Shown: positions 1-8,936 of the stretch, piece by piece | Layout of the letters: each line of letters starts with the position of its first letter | Numbering within the stretch: the stretch's first letter is position 1 | From: a virus | Taxonomy: Duplodnaviria; Caudoviricetes | Strand: one strand, 5' to 3' | Length of the DNA stretch: 50,537 bases | IMG/VR virus record: IMGVR_UViG_3300017971_000360 | Coordinates: 1-50,537 of that record | Translations under genes and position numbers: made by a program | The notes under the pieces: generated by a model | What the model was told of the DNA's origin: nothing | The model's database searches: none | The model's input: only the letters and a program-made list of their open reading frames with translations

Positions 1-123
1 AAGGGCGAGGGAGATAATTGATTTAAGGCATGCTTAAGGCATCTCTGCGCATTCGATCCGGTCCGACCATGAAACCTCCGTTTCCGGTGGAAAATACGAC
101 CTATACATTTCGAGAAATCCGAA
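1..123 (+). repeat. Terminal direct repeat, left copy (123 bp)
   Basis: Identical to 50415-50537 (aagggcgagg...atccgaa). Confidence 0.97.
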
Positions 124-266
124 TGAGGGCGGGGAGGCCGTCTGCGCCGGCGTATTTCGCAAGCGGGGAATTATGGTGCGAAAAGTAAACCTCCGCTACG
201 AATGCGTCCTACCACCACCCGGAGATTTCGGGCGAGTATCTCCTTGCTGTTAAGGTGTCGTCTTAA
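5..266 (+). ncRNA. Candidate structured RNA or structured ssDNA element
   Basis: 5-16 pairs with 237-247; long GU-containing hairpin ~149-209; GC-rich non-coding island. Confidence 0.35.
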
Positions 267-272
267 ATTTAG

Positions 273-560
273 GTGTAGTGTAAGGGTAAGATATATATAG
301 TATAATGTAGTGTTAAAGTACACTACAGAAGGGGTACAGAACAGGGGTACAGTTATTAACTATACAATATAGAATATACAAATAGACATAAGTGGTCTGT
401 AGTCCCTCGTGATTTTTGATAAGTTCGTTTGCATGCCGTACTGCACTGTTCCTCCGGGAGAGAAAAAGACTACAGGGGTACAGAAATCGATGGGGCCAGC
501 TGGTCTCTGTACCCCCTCCTGTAGTCCCATGTACCCCTTGGGGGACTACAGAAATCGGGA
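273..560. repeat. Iteron-like repeat cluster (GGGGTACAG / GACTACAG, both orientations); putative replication origin
   Basis: GGGGTACAG at 331, 344, 475, reverse at 507 and (partial) 530; ACTACAG at 322, 469, 545, reverse CTGTAGTCCC at 397, 519; AT-rich 291-320 and 353-390. Confidence 0.6.
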
Positions 561-626
561 TCGGGTGAAATCAGGTCCCTATATGTATATTCAAATCATA
601 AGATATAATGGATAAATCGAGTTATA

Positions 627-670
627 GAAAGGTATTTATACCTATACATTATATAGGTTGATTGGTGATA
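627..670 (+). promoter_or_regulatory. Early promoter 1: BRE/TATA, CCTATA-N5-TATAGG palindrome, RBS
   Basis: gaaagg-TATTTATA, then CCTATACATTATATAGG (641-657), GGTGATA (664-670). Confidence 0.75.
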
Positions 671-672
671 AC

Positions 673-942
673 TTGACTGATGAAATAATAGGACAGATAG
701 GTAAGCATGCCTTTGACAGTCTATTACATAAAATGGACAATTTGGAGGCACGATGGAGACATGAGAAAGAATATGAAGACTTTGAGGACTACATAAAGGT
801 AATGGTAGCCACCACTCCTGAAGGTTGCGAATTTGTCAAGATGACAAGCAGACCGTTCAGGGTTGAATACAAGTTGCCAAACAAAAAACCAATGTTCATA
901 AAGGTCACAAAAACGGCAATGACAGCAGGCTTGGTTGCATAG
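673..942 (+). CDS. Hypothetical early protein
   Basis: ORF 658-942; TTG start at 673 follows GGTGATA RBS. Confidence 0.75.
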   Translation: MTDEIIGQIGKHAFDSLLHKMDNLEARWRHEKEYEDFEDYIKVMVATTPEGCEFVKMTSRPFRVEYKLPNKKPMFIKVTKTAMTAGLVA

Positions 943-955
943 TAAGGTGATAACC

Positions 956-1093
956 ATGCGAAGAAAAGAACTATATGAAAAGCTGTATGCCAAGTTCGAT
1001 GGGAAATTTGGTGATGCAATAGAGGAGATGTGCAACCTGATCGAGCTCTTGGACTGCGACCCAGAGGTAATTAACGGCATTTTGGAGGAATGA
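956..1093 (+). CDS. Small hypothetical protein (45 aa, MRRKELYEKL...)
   Basis: GGTGATAACC-ATG; stop overlaps next start; below the ORF track cutoff. Confidence 0.7.
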   Translation: MRRKELYEKLYAKFDGKFGDAIEEMCNLIELLDCDPEVINGILEE

Positions 1094-1971
1094 ACATGGG
1101 TGTAACAATACACTACAGCTTTGCCAAGTCTCCAAAATACAAATGCCAAGAGGTCATAGACCTTGTTAAGAGGATGGCCCAAGAGGTCGGGTTCGATTTT
1201 ATTGAACTGACTGAAACCGGATACGGTTATGAAAGCGTAATAAGAAATGGCCGAACAATGGAAGTGACCCATCGCTTTAACGAGTTCGTTGCCGATAATT
1301 GGACACATGGCCGATATCCTGAGATATTGAGGGACCAAGAGAGAAATCCGGATGCCTACCGAACTAAGCGGTTCGGGGTCATAGTCCATCCACCACAAAC
1401 GGAATCTTTCGAGGTCATGTTTCAGAGGGACAAAAACGGGAAATGGTTCAGCAGTTCATTCTGTAAAACGCAGCCATTCTCGAAAGAAGACCCATCCATA
1501 TCTGTGCATGTCCATGTATGGATAATAACAGTTCTCGAGCTGATACAAAAGAACATCATGCCGGTTGAAATCTCAGATGAGGGTGACTTTGCACCCAAGA
1601 AAATAAAAGACTCAGATAGGGAATATTGGAGAAAACTCAAGGCCAAAGGATATACCGATTATGAGGCCTACTATGAAAAGGAGTTCAAGCCATACCAGGT
1701 CGAAACATTGATAGAGGCCTTTGGCGAGAACCTTGCGCTGATTCAGTCATTAGGTCAAATGCTGAGAAATCAGAGTTTTGATGGTGTGGAGGGCATGAAA
1801 TTACAGACCACCACGAAACTTGGAGATGACCAGCTGAAATCCACCGGAATGGCACAAGGCGACCATTTCGTTTATACAATGTTCGAGAAAGGAAAGACAG
1901 TCATGCAAGAGGTATCGAAAACCGACAGAAAGATAGTCATTCCGGTCGAGATAGAAGACCTTTCGGAATAG
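1090..1971 (+). CDS. Hypothetical protein with FCKTQ...H...DEGD motifs
   Basis: 293 aa ORF with GGAGG RBS; motif pattern recalls an uncharacterised phage family. Confidence 0.75.
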   Translation: MNMGVTIHYSFAKSPKYKCQEVIDLVKRMAQEVGFDFIELTETGYGYESVIRNGRTMEVTHRFNEFVADNWTHGRYPEILRDQERNPDAYRTKRFGVIVHPPQTESFEVMFQRDKNGKWFSSSFCKTQPFSKEDPSISVHVHVWIITVLELIQKNIMPVEISDEGDFAPKKIKDSDREYWRKLKAKGYTDYEAYYEKEFKPYQVETLIEAFGENLALIQSLGQMLRNQSFDGVEGMKLQTTTKLGDDQLKSTGMAQGDHFVYTMFEKGKTVMQEVSKTDRKIVIPVEIEDLSE

Positions 1972-2000
1972 GGGCTTAAATGCCCCTTCTCCCTTTATTT
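1971..2000 (+). terminator. Hairpin plus pyrimidine/T tract
   Basis: GGGGC-ttaaat-GCCCC then ttctccctttattt right after a stop codon. Confidence 0.5.
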
Positions 2001-2032
2001 CAGCATGGGAGAATAATCCCAAGGTGATAACC

Positions 2033-2155
2033 ATGAAAGTAGCAGAAATGAAACAGTTCCTTAAAAGGGAATATGGGCTTGACGACGACCAAATAACCGC
2101 AGTCTTAGAGGATGAGTGGACGGATTGGCTGCCAATCGAGGTTGGGATAGCGTGA
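2033..2155 (+). CDS. Small hypothetical protein (40 aa, MKVAEMKQFL...)
   Basis: GGTGATAACC-ATG; GTGA overlap with next gene. Confidence 0.7.
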   Translation: MKVAEMKQFLKREYGLDDDQITAVLEDEWTDWLPIEVGIA

Positions 2156-2556
2156 CCATCGCAGTCGTGTGCTTTGAGACAGAAACACATTATACAGAAC
2201 ATGTGGAAGACGGCGAGGGCAGAACCGCCCCCGATCTCGTACAAGCAGAGATAGATGCCCTCATGCTTGTAAAGACAGATGGCAGGTATGCTGTCGAATT
2301 GTGGGACCTAAATCAGAAAAACCACATCAGAACAATCTTTGCAGACATGTCTCACGACAGACCATCCTCAATCGTAGCGATGCCACCAGGAATGACCGTG
2401 GAAATCGCACAGATATGTATTGAGGGTCTTGATTGGCTTTCAGAGAGAGATAGACCATTCGGGGCCTACAAAAAGGAGGAGAGAGAGACTGCCAAGCGTG
2501 TCTTGCAAAAGTTCATCAAGGAGTGTACAGAGGATGACCGAGATCAAGACGAATAA
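2152..2556 (+). CDS. Hypothetical protein
   Basis: ORF 2116-2556; GTG at 2152 coupled to the upstream stop. Confidence 0.7.
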   Translation: MTIAVVCFETETHYTEHVEDGEGRTAPDLVQAEIDALMLVKTDGRYAVELWDLNQKNHIRTIFADMSHDRPSSIVAMPPGMTVEIAQICIEGLDWLSERDRPFGAYKKEERETAKRVLQKFIKECTEDDRDQDE

Positions 2557-2833
2557 CCCATGCAAGCACAATAACCGGGTCATCTGTGGCATGTTCAAGA
2601 ACACCAAGAACTGCATGCAACCGACGTTGGAGGCCTGCGGGTCAGAGAATAACGAACTGTGGATAGGTTTCGTTGGTGTGGAGGCAGTAACCCTCCGGAC
2701 CTACATTTACAATGCGAAGACATGCAAGATGTCTTTGTTTGAGGAGAATCAGTGTAGCGAATGCAGGGTAATATGGGCAGTCCCGAATAATAACTGCCCG
2801 ATATGCAATAAAGGAGATGTTAACAATGCCTGA
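2534..2833 (+). CDS. Cys-rich zinc-finger protein
   Basis: CSEC...CPIC and other Cys; ATG at 2534 after GGAG. Confidence 0.65.
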   Translation: MTEIKTNNPCKHNNRVICGMFKNTKNCMQPTLEACGSENNELWIGFVGVEAVTLRTYIYNAKTCKMSLFEENQCSECRVIWAVPNNNCPICNKGDVNNA

Positions 2834-3449
2834 AATAAAAGATCAGATAGAGGAATGTGGGCTCGGTGATGGATGTACAATGGGGATTAATTGTTACAGA
2901 GACAACAACCCACCTTTAGCGACATGCTTGGCGTGTCTGTGTTTCAGTTGCACAAGGGCACGATGCAAGCCAGCTGTAGACAATCACCATCCAGAGGCCA
3001 TTCTACCAGAGTTGGCAGAGGCCAAAAAGGTCATCGCCAAAGATAACCCAGACCAATCAGAGGAACATATATGGTCTGAGGAAGAACAGATCGAGATGGA
3101 AAGAGAACTCAAGGAAAATATGAGAAAAACCATAACAGATGAGTTCAGTAAAGACCATGATAAATATTACACCATTGCCATGAATCAACATGTTATAAAG
3201 ACAAGACAAGAGGAAATTATAAGGACTCAGAAAGAGAAAAGGAGTGCTGGTTTAGCAATTGCCTACATCGAGAATATGAAAGAGCACGGATGGAAATTTT
3301 GGTTCATAGGTGAGTGGATACAACACCCAAAGACAGAACCGCCAATATTTGTCGGGACTGATATGGAGTTTATTGAACTTGCTAGAGAATATGGAATTCC
3401 ATCGGAACAAATCACTCAAATGATTGAGGAGAACGATACTGGGGTATAA
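2817..3449 (+). CDS. Hypothetical protein, Cys-rich N-terminus and coiled coil
   Basis: 210 aa ORF coupled to neighbouring genes. Confidence 0.7.
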   Translation: MLTMPEIKDQIEECGLGDGCTMGINCYRDNNPPLATCLACLCFSCTRARCKPAVDNHHPEAILPELAEAKKVIAKDNPDQSEEHIWSEEEQIEMERELKENMRKTITDEFSKDHDKYYTIAMNQHVIKTRQEEIIRTQKEKRSAGLAIAYIENMKEHGWKFWFIGEWIQHPKTEPPIFVGTDMEFIELAREYGIPSEQITQMIEENDTGV

Positions 3450-3826
3450 TGATGATAAAGATAGCTGTGGTTGGTGATACATATCGTATCCGGAACAATC
3501 TCAAGGAGTTGGGCTTTCGTTGGTTTCCGACTGAAAAGCAGTGGGCAAAGATAACCGAGGAGTCGACACTGAATTCAACCATTGAGACCATCCGGCCACA
3601 GCTGGCCCCACTGAAATTAACGCTGACATTGACCAAGGTGGATTTAGAGGGGAACAAACTAAGTGATCGAGAGGTTCAAATAAGTCTTCGAGAAAGGGCA
3701 GAGGCAGATTATCTTAAGCTGTTCAATCAGCACATTGTTAATCAGGTTCAGGTTATCGCCCATAACTGTTCCTCTGCCCCTCGCAAAGACCGTGATAAGA
3801 GGAGGCCAGATGATGCGTTCTATTGA
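3449..3826 (+). CDS. DUF5710-like small domain protein
   Basis: GDTYRIRNNLKELGFRWFPTEKQW resembles the 'LKxLGxRWxPxxKxW' motif. Confidence 0.55.
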   Translation: MMIKIAVVGDTYRIRNNLKELGFRWFPTEKQWAKITEESTLNSTIETIRPQLAPLKLTLTLTKVDLEGNKLSDREVQISLRERAEADYLKLFNQHIVNQVQVIAHNCSSAPRKDRDKRRPDDAFY

Positions 3827-3890
3827 CCGTGCTAAACCTTATCACGATAACTATTTAAACCTATACAATATATAGGATGACTGGTGATAA
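3826..3890 (+). promoter_or_regulatory. Early promoter 2: ACCGTGCTAAACC box, TATA, palindrome, RBS
   Basis: ACCGTGCTAAACC 3826-3838; TATTTAAA 3852-3859; CCTATACAATATATAGG 3860-3876; GGTGATAA. Confidence 0.8.
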
Positions 3891-3892
3891 CT

Positions 3893-4051
3893 ATGGCTGA
3901 AAAAGAATTCAAATTCACGATGCCTGACATGGCTGATGTGAAAGTGATAATAGAAGCAAAGGACATAAAAAATGTCCAAGTGAAAATGAAACATCCCTAT
4001 GAGGATGACGACGACAGCAACTATATCGATGCCCTTTCAATGGACGAGTGA
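3893..4051 (+). CDS. Small acidic hypothetical protein (52 aa, MAEKEFKFTM...)
   Basis: First ATG after promoter 2 and its RBS; not in ORF track. Confidence 0.7.
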   Translation: MAEKEFKFTMPDMADVKVIIEAKDIKNVQVKMKHPYEDDDDSNYIDALSMDE

Positions 4052-4055
4052 GAAT

Positions 4056-4538
4056 ATGGAGTTTACATATCTGATGCAACCACCAAAGCGGTATACATTT
4101 GAACAGCCCAAACTCAAGGCATGGGTTGAGAGATGGTGCCATGGCAAGGTTCTTAACCTGTTCGCAGGCAAGACACTCTTGGATGTCGATGAAATCAGAG
4201 TCGACATGGATGAAGACATGCCGGCAACCTTTCATATGGATGCTTTCGATTTCGTCACAGATTGGAGAGGACAGAAGTTCGACACAGTGATCTTAGACCC
4301 TCCATATAACATCCGGAAAGCGAGAGAGAAATACCAAGGCAGAATGATTGGGAAACTGACCAAGCTAAAAGATGAACTCCCTCGAATATTGAACGATAAT
4401 GCAAGAGTGATATCACTCGGCTATGACACAGTGGGAATGTCCAGGTCCAGGAACTTTGTCAAGGAGGCAATCGTAGTTGTTTGCCACAGTGGGGACCACA
4501 ATGACACCCTTGGGGTCGTAGAAAGATTCTTTGGGTGA
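4056..4538 (+). CDS. Minimal amino (probably N6-adenine) DNA methyltransferase
   Basis: Motif I VLNLFAG and motif IV ILDPPY. Confidence 0.8.
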   Translation: MEFTYLMQPPKRYTFEQPKLKAWVERWCHGKVLNLFAGKTLLDVDEIRVDMDEDMPATFHMDAFDFVTDWRGQKFDTVILDPPYNIRKAREKYQGRMIGKLTKLKDELPRILNDNARVISLGYDTVGMSRSRNFVKEAIVVVCHSGDHNDTLGVVERFFG

Positions 4539-4543
4539 ATTAG

Positions 4544-4882
4544 ATGACAGACTGCCCTCATTGCGATAAAGAACTGGCACAAATCGGAAAGAAATACAAG
4601 AAAAAATTCGAGATTGTCCCAATTCAAAGAAGGTATAAAGGAGGGATCATAACAACAGCCTATGGGTATAACATCGGGCAACTCAACAACATTCCAGAAG
4701 GGGCTATGAAAGTCGATGAGTGCAAAAGCTGTCATTGGAAAAGTATTTGGAGGAAAGACGGTCAATCATATCAACATGGACAAAACTTGCAAAAGACTAC
4801 GGGACCAACATGGAGGTTGCTTGAATGCGGAACAAATATAGATGTCATATTTTGGCTAAGAAAATATGGGTTCAAGAGGTAA
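4544..4882 (+). CDS. Zn-ribbon hypothetical protein
   Basis: CPHC...CKSC; GGTGA RBS. Confidence 0.65.
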   Translation: MTDCPHCDKELAQIGKKYKKKFEIVPIQRRYKGGIITTAYGYNIGQLNNIPEGAMKVDECKSCHWKSIWRKDGQSYQHGQNLQKTTGPTWRLLECGTNIDVIFWLRKYGFKR

Positions 4883-4886
4883 TTAA

Positions 4887-6164
4887 ATGAAATCAATCGG
4901 CATAACATTCGGAAAATCGACACCACACGAGGCAGAGGCATTGATAGCAGATGCAAGCGTTGGACTGTTCGATTTCATCATGGCCAGCAAGACACTCTGT
5001 CAAGTTTCAGATTTGCAGATAGAGAGCTCCATCACCAGGGAGGATGCAAAGAAGATATTGGCAGGTTCTAAAAAGCCAAAGAAACAGAATGTCATTGCTA
5101 CCTTGGAGATAATCGGTGAGATTAACGGGGACGTCCAAAGGAGAAACCACCCGATTATTCCAGGAACAATCCTCAAGAAAGCAACCGCCAAAGCAATCTC
5201 AAAGTTCCTCCGGCTCGAGTCCGAAGAACCCGTGGTGAAACTTGGTCACATTCTCCGGAACAATAAGATCAAGGTCGGCTTAGATGGTCGAATATTCAAT
5301 CACCACATAGCCATCCTTGGAAAGACCGGAGGCGGTAAATCAAATGCTGCCAAGATAATTCTCTCACAGATGCACAAATTCGATTGTAAGAATGTTGTGA
5401 TAGACCCACATGCAGAATATAAAATAGGCAGAATAATAAACGCAGATGAAATAGTCTACAGTAAGAAAAACCTTGATCTAGAGGTCATATTAGATCGAGT
5501 AAGATCAGAACTGCCGATCTACAAGAAAAAAGACTTAGATGATATTATTGGGTCTGCCATCGTGTATGATTTACAATTCATCGAGAAACAAGCAGCCACC
5601 GATAAAATAATTTATAAATTGTTGAAGAAATCAGTAAAATTAGAACAAAATATCAAGTTTCTTATCACAGAAATCAAGAATCTCTCGACTAGTGAACCAT
5701 TGGTTGTAAACTTGAAAGGTCTTGATACAGATATGCAGATAGATGTGGTCAGGTGTATCTCAGAGGCCGTGTTACATTTCTGCAAGGAGGGGGATGCCTA
5801 CAATCTATTCATCGATGAGGCACACCGGTACGCTCCGCAGTTCGGAAAGATAAGCAGTCTCAAACCGTTGATAGAGATTGCTGGTGAAGGTCGAAAGTTC
5901 AACTGTGGCCTCGTAATCATGTCTCAGAGGCCTGCAAAGGTCAACAAGAATGTACTGTCACAGTGCAACACACATTTCTGTCTGAAACTCACCAACCAGA
6001 ATGACATCAGGCAGGTTAAGGAGTCGACAGAATATTCAACCAAGCAGATGTTCCTTGAAGTTCAGAGATTGAGAATCGGTGAGGCCTTGTTGACGTCTCC
6101 ACACATCGAAAGGCCAGTCTTTATAATGGTGGATGAATATGGAAAAAAGAAAAGAACAAGTTGA
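4887..6164 (+). CDS. herA: HerA/FtsK-family (DUF87) ATPase/helicase
   Basis: HIAILGKTGGGKS (Walker A), IDPHAEY, LFIDEAH (Walker B), EGRKF...SQRP. Confidence 0.88.
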   Translation: MKSIGITFGKSTPHEAEALIADASVGLFDFIMASKTLCQVSDLQIESSITREDAKKILAGSKKPKKQNVIATLEIIGEINGDVQRRNHPIIPGTILKKATAKAISKFLRLESEEPVVKLGHILRNNKIKVGLDGRIFNHHIAILGKTGGGKSNAAKIILSQMHKFDCKNVVIDPHAEYKIGRIINADEIVYSKKNLDLEVILDRVRSELPIYKKKDLDDIIGSAIVYDLQFIEKQAATDKIIYKLLKKSVKLEQNIKFLITEIKNLSTSEPLVVNLKGLDTDMQIDVVRCISEAVLHFCKEGDAYNLFIDEAHRYAPQFGKISSLKPLIEIAGEGRKFNCGLVIMSQRPAKVNKNVLSQCNTHFCLKLTNQNDIRQVKESTEYSTKQMFLEVQRLRIGEALLTSPHIERPVFIMVDEYGKKKRTS

Positions 6165-6267
6165 ATGCCCAGACTGTGGTAAGAAATACAAAATAACAAA
6201 TCCATTCAAGAGAGAAGACGGAACACCATATCCAAGAAAATGTAATGACTGTTATGTTGGGAGATAA
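6139..6267 (+). CDS. Small zinc-finger protein (42 aa, CPDC...CNDC)
   Basis: Translated by eye; fills the gap between HerA and the MTase; GGTGG RBS. Confidence 0.6.
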   Translation: MEKRKEQVECPDCGKKYKITNPFKREDGTPYPRKCNDCYVGR

Positions 6268-6268
6268 T

Positions 6269-6877
6269 ATGAAACAACAAGAAAAATCAAAACGCACTCT
6301 GACCCAACCACCAATGCAAAAGGGCTCCCCAGATGACTTTCAAACACCACCAGAGGCACTCCTACCACTTTTTCCATATTTAGAGAACAATGGATTTGAG
6401 ATCATATGGGAGTGTGCTGCTGGACAAGGCTATCTTGTTAAAGAATTCGAGGCGAGAGGATATGAGGTCATTGCAACAGATATAAAGACTGGCCATGATT
6501 TTCTTAATTGGAACCCAAAAAGATTTGACTGCATTATAACCAATCCACCATATTCAATAAAACAAGAATTTCTTGAGAGATGTTATGAACTCGGAAAGCC
6601 ATTTGCGCTTTTGTTGCCACTCACAACATTCGAGACTGCTAAAAGACAAAAACTATTCAAGAATCATGGCATTGAAATCATATTCTTTGACAAGAGAATC
6701 AATTTCATAACACCAGATGAAAAATCAGACAAGGAGAGCTCCTCATGGTTTTCAACAGCCTGGTTTACATGGGGCTTTCGATTGCCACAGGTTTTGAATT
6801 ATGAAAAATTACAATCGAAAAGTCTGAGGAATGTTAAACCATTGACAAAGTTTAGCACACAAGACTTAAATAAATAA
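6269..6877 (+). CDS. N6-adenine DNA methyltransferase
   Basis: DFQTP, IWECAAGQG (motif I), IITNPPY (motif IV). Confidence 0.85.
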   Translation: MKQQEKSKRTLTQPPMQKGSPDDFQTPPEALLPLFPYLENNGFEIIWECAAGQGYLVKEFEARGYEVIATDIKTGHDFLNWNPKRFDCIITNPPYSIKQEFLERCYELGKPFALLLPLTTFETAKRQKLFKNHGIEIIFFDKRINFITPDEKSDKESSSWFSTAWFTWGFRLPQVLNYEKLQSKSLRNVKPLTKFSTQDLNK

Positions 6878-6961
6878 TCAGCAATACAGTCCGATTACAA
6901 AGCAGAAGTTGGGATGCACTCTAACAACTTCTTTTTTTGTACCGCACCGCAAGGCGATAAA

Positions 6962-7159
6962 ATGATAGATGAAGATGTAGGCAAGAAAGTTGTCGTTGTT
7001 ATCTCTGAGAACAGAGGCAAGACAGATACAGTTAAAGGAACGATTGTTCAAGTAATTGATGAGGAGCTGTTTGAAATTGAGGATCAGTGGGGCAACAGAT
7101 CTAGGTGGAATGAAAGACAGATTAAAGGAATAAAATTCTTGGGTGATAACAGTGGCTAA
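6962..7159 (+). CDS. Small beta-rich protein, possibly Sm/SH3-like
   Basis: GKKVVVV...VKGTIVQV...FEIED pattern; coupled to next gene; fold is tentative. Confidence 0.55.
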   Translation: MIDEDVGKKVVVVISENRGKTDTVKGTIVQVIDEELFEIEDQWGNRSRWNERQIKGIKFLGDNSG

Positions 7160-8936
7160 TGAATTCATACGAGATTTCAAGCTCATTGAGAACCCAGAGT
7201 CTTTGATTCAGCCACTTTCAATAACTGATGATTGGACATCACTCATATGCTATCATTTTGCAGAGCTGGATAAGGTTGTGAATGTTAAAGGGAAAGAAAA
7301 GATGGTCAAGGAGAATAAAAAGGTCCCGTTGATGATTGTGTGGGACGGAAAGAAAATCCACAAGTTCATATGTGAGGAAGGCAGGGAGATTGAATTAAAT
7401 GATGAGAAATATATAATTGATCGAGACATACATCAAAACCCAATGCTGCCATCTGAGAGTTTCATATCAAAACTCTGCAATAACGATATAAAAACCATGA
7501 AGATGATTGAGGAGTTCGACCCAAAAGAATATTTCCAAGCAGTTCTTGAATACATGAGATATTATTTTCATTGGAGGTCTCCGATGTTGCCCAGGATTTT
7601 AGCTCTTTATGCCATCAACTGTACGCTTTTTGATGCCTTCGATAGTGTTCCATATCTATACATCAGGAGTCCAGAGATGGGGTGTGGCAAGTCCCATCTT
7701 GGCCAATCGATTTCACAGATGACGAACGGGTTGGTAACAACCGGGTCTCGAGCAAATCATGTTTTTAGATTGGTTCATGGTGAGAAAACATTGATCGTCT
7801 TCGAGGAGGTCAAGAAGAAGTTCACAGGTAAGATGAGTGAGGATGCCGAGGACTTGCTTTCTCTCATTAATGCAGGCTTTCAGAGGGATGGTAGCAAGGT
7901 CACTCGTTCAATTGAAAAAACCGGGGGGCGTAAAGGAGACTTTGAAATCAGGTTATATGATTCATACAGTCCAAAGATTATTATCTCAACCCATCTGACA
8001 ATACCAGATGATACACAGTCTCGTTGCATCCCAATAATGATGCAGAAAGCACCAACAAAAGGCACAGATTATGGGGAGAGATGGAATCAAAGAAAGAAAA
8101 GAATTGCCAAGCTGAAAAAGATAAGAGAGATGGGATATTTATTCAGACTGAAATATGGTTCAGAGATTAAAAAGTTATCAGAGAATGATAACTGGAGAGA
8201 TGAGCTCGACATCAAGAAAATCCTGAAGAATGTGAAAAACAGAGAGCTCGAAGTTTTCAGGCCCCTTGCCATGTTGTGTTTCAAATTCATGCCAGATTGG
8301 GACGAGGAGATTGCAAAGTTCATCAACAAGAACATGGAGATGAGGCAGCACATCCGGGCTGGACTGACTTCTGCAGTTCTCTCTGCCCTCAAGGAGATAT
8401 ATCAACTCTGCGAGTCATATGGTGGAGAATATGTCATCGTCGACAGAGCAAAGGACGGGACAGAGAAGGAACTTAAATCAGTTTTAAAGGAGACACAGTA
8501 TGGAAACACACTCTATGTTCCAATCAAGGCAATAGCCAAGACAATAGAGGACACCACAGACATGATTAATCTAGGTAAGAATCCAAACAGCAGGATAGGT
8601 ATGAAACTCAATGATCTTGGTTTCTTGGAGTCTCGTAGGGAGGATTATGGTATGGTCAGGATAATAAGAGGCATCGACCTATCAGACCAATGCGAGGCGT
8701 ATCTGGGAACTCCCATAGGCACCTACGATGACGACTATGAACTGTCACATTCTGAAAAAATAAACCTTGTCAGAGAAAGCCTCATGCAGAAGGTGGACGG
8801 CCTTACATGGAGTCAGCTTTTAACAGAGGTCGATGAACAGATACCAGAGGATGAATTGAAAAACTCCCTCATTCCTAAACTGAAAGAAGATGGCAGGGTC
8901 ATAATATTTGGAAAGCGATATCAATGGATCGAGTGA
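7152..8936 (+). CDS. DUF3631-like AAA+ helicase (putative replicative) with probable C-terminal winged helix
   Basis: YLYIRSPEMGCGKS P-loop, IVFEE Walker B-like, LINAGF..G..V.R, YSPK, SRCI arginine finger. Confidence 0.7.
   Translation: MANEFIRDFKLIENPESLIQPLSITDDWTSLICYHFAELDKVVNVKGKEKMVKENKKVPLMIVWDGKKIHKFICEEGREIELNDEKYIIDRDIHQNPMLPSESFISKLCNNDIKTMKMIEEFDPKEYFQAVLEYMRYYFHWRSPMLPRILALYAINCTLFDAFDSVPYLYIRSPEMGCGKSHLGQSISQMTNGLVTTGSRANHVFRLVHGEKTLIVFEEVKKKFTGKMSEDAEDLLSLINAGFQRDGSKVTRSIEKTGGRKGDFEIRLYDSYSPKIIISTHLTIPDDTQSRCIPIMMQKAPTKGTDYGERWNQRKKRIAKLKKIREMGYLFRLKYGSEIKKLSENDNWRDELDIKKILKNVKNRELEVFRPLAMLCFKFMPDWDEEIAKFINKNMEMRQHIRAGLTSAVLSALKEIYQLCESYGGEYVIVDRAKDGTEKELKSVLKETQYGNTLYVPIKAIAKTIEDTTDMINLGKNPNSRIGMKLNDLGFLESRREDYGMVRIIRGIDLSDQCEAYLGTPIGTYDDDYELSHSEKINLVRESLMQKVDGLTWSQLLTEVDEQIPEDELKNSLIPKLKEDGRVIIFGKRYQWIE

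Noticed and set aside
273-560. Mini-CRISPR array
   Set aside because: Repeats are only 7-10 nt, irregularly spaced and in both orientations
409-615. 68 aa ORF over the repeat cluster
   Set aside because: No RBS, unusual composition, overlaps the iteron-like repeats
724-1398. Long antisense ORFs (also 9909-10508, 11785-12480, 18173-18652, 36157-36864, 38378-38872, 46975-47517)
   Set aside because: Shadows of well-supported genes on the opposite strand, without RBS or motifs
4887-6164. HerA/FtsK as genome-packaging ATPase
   Set aside because: TerL and portal are present, and this gene lies in the early arm
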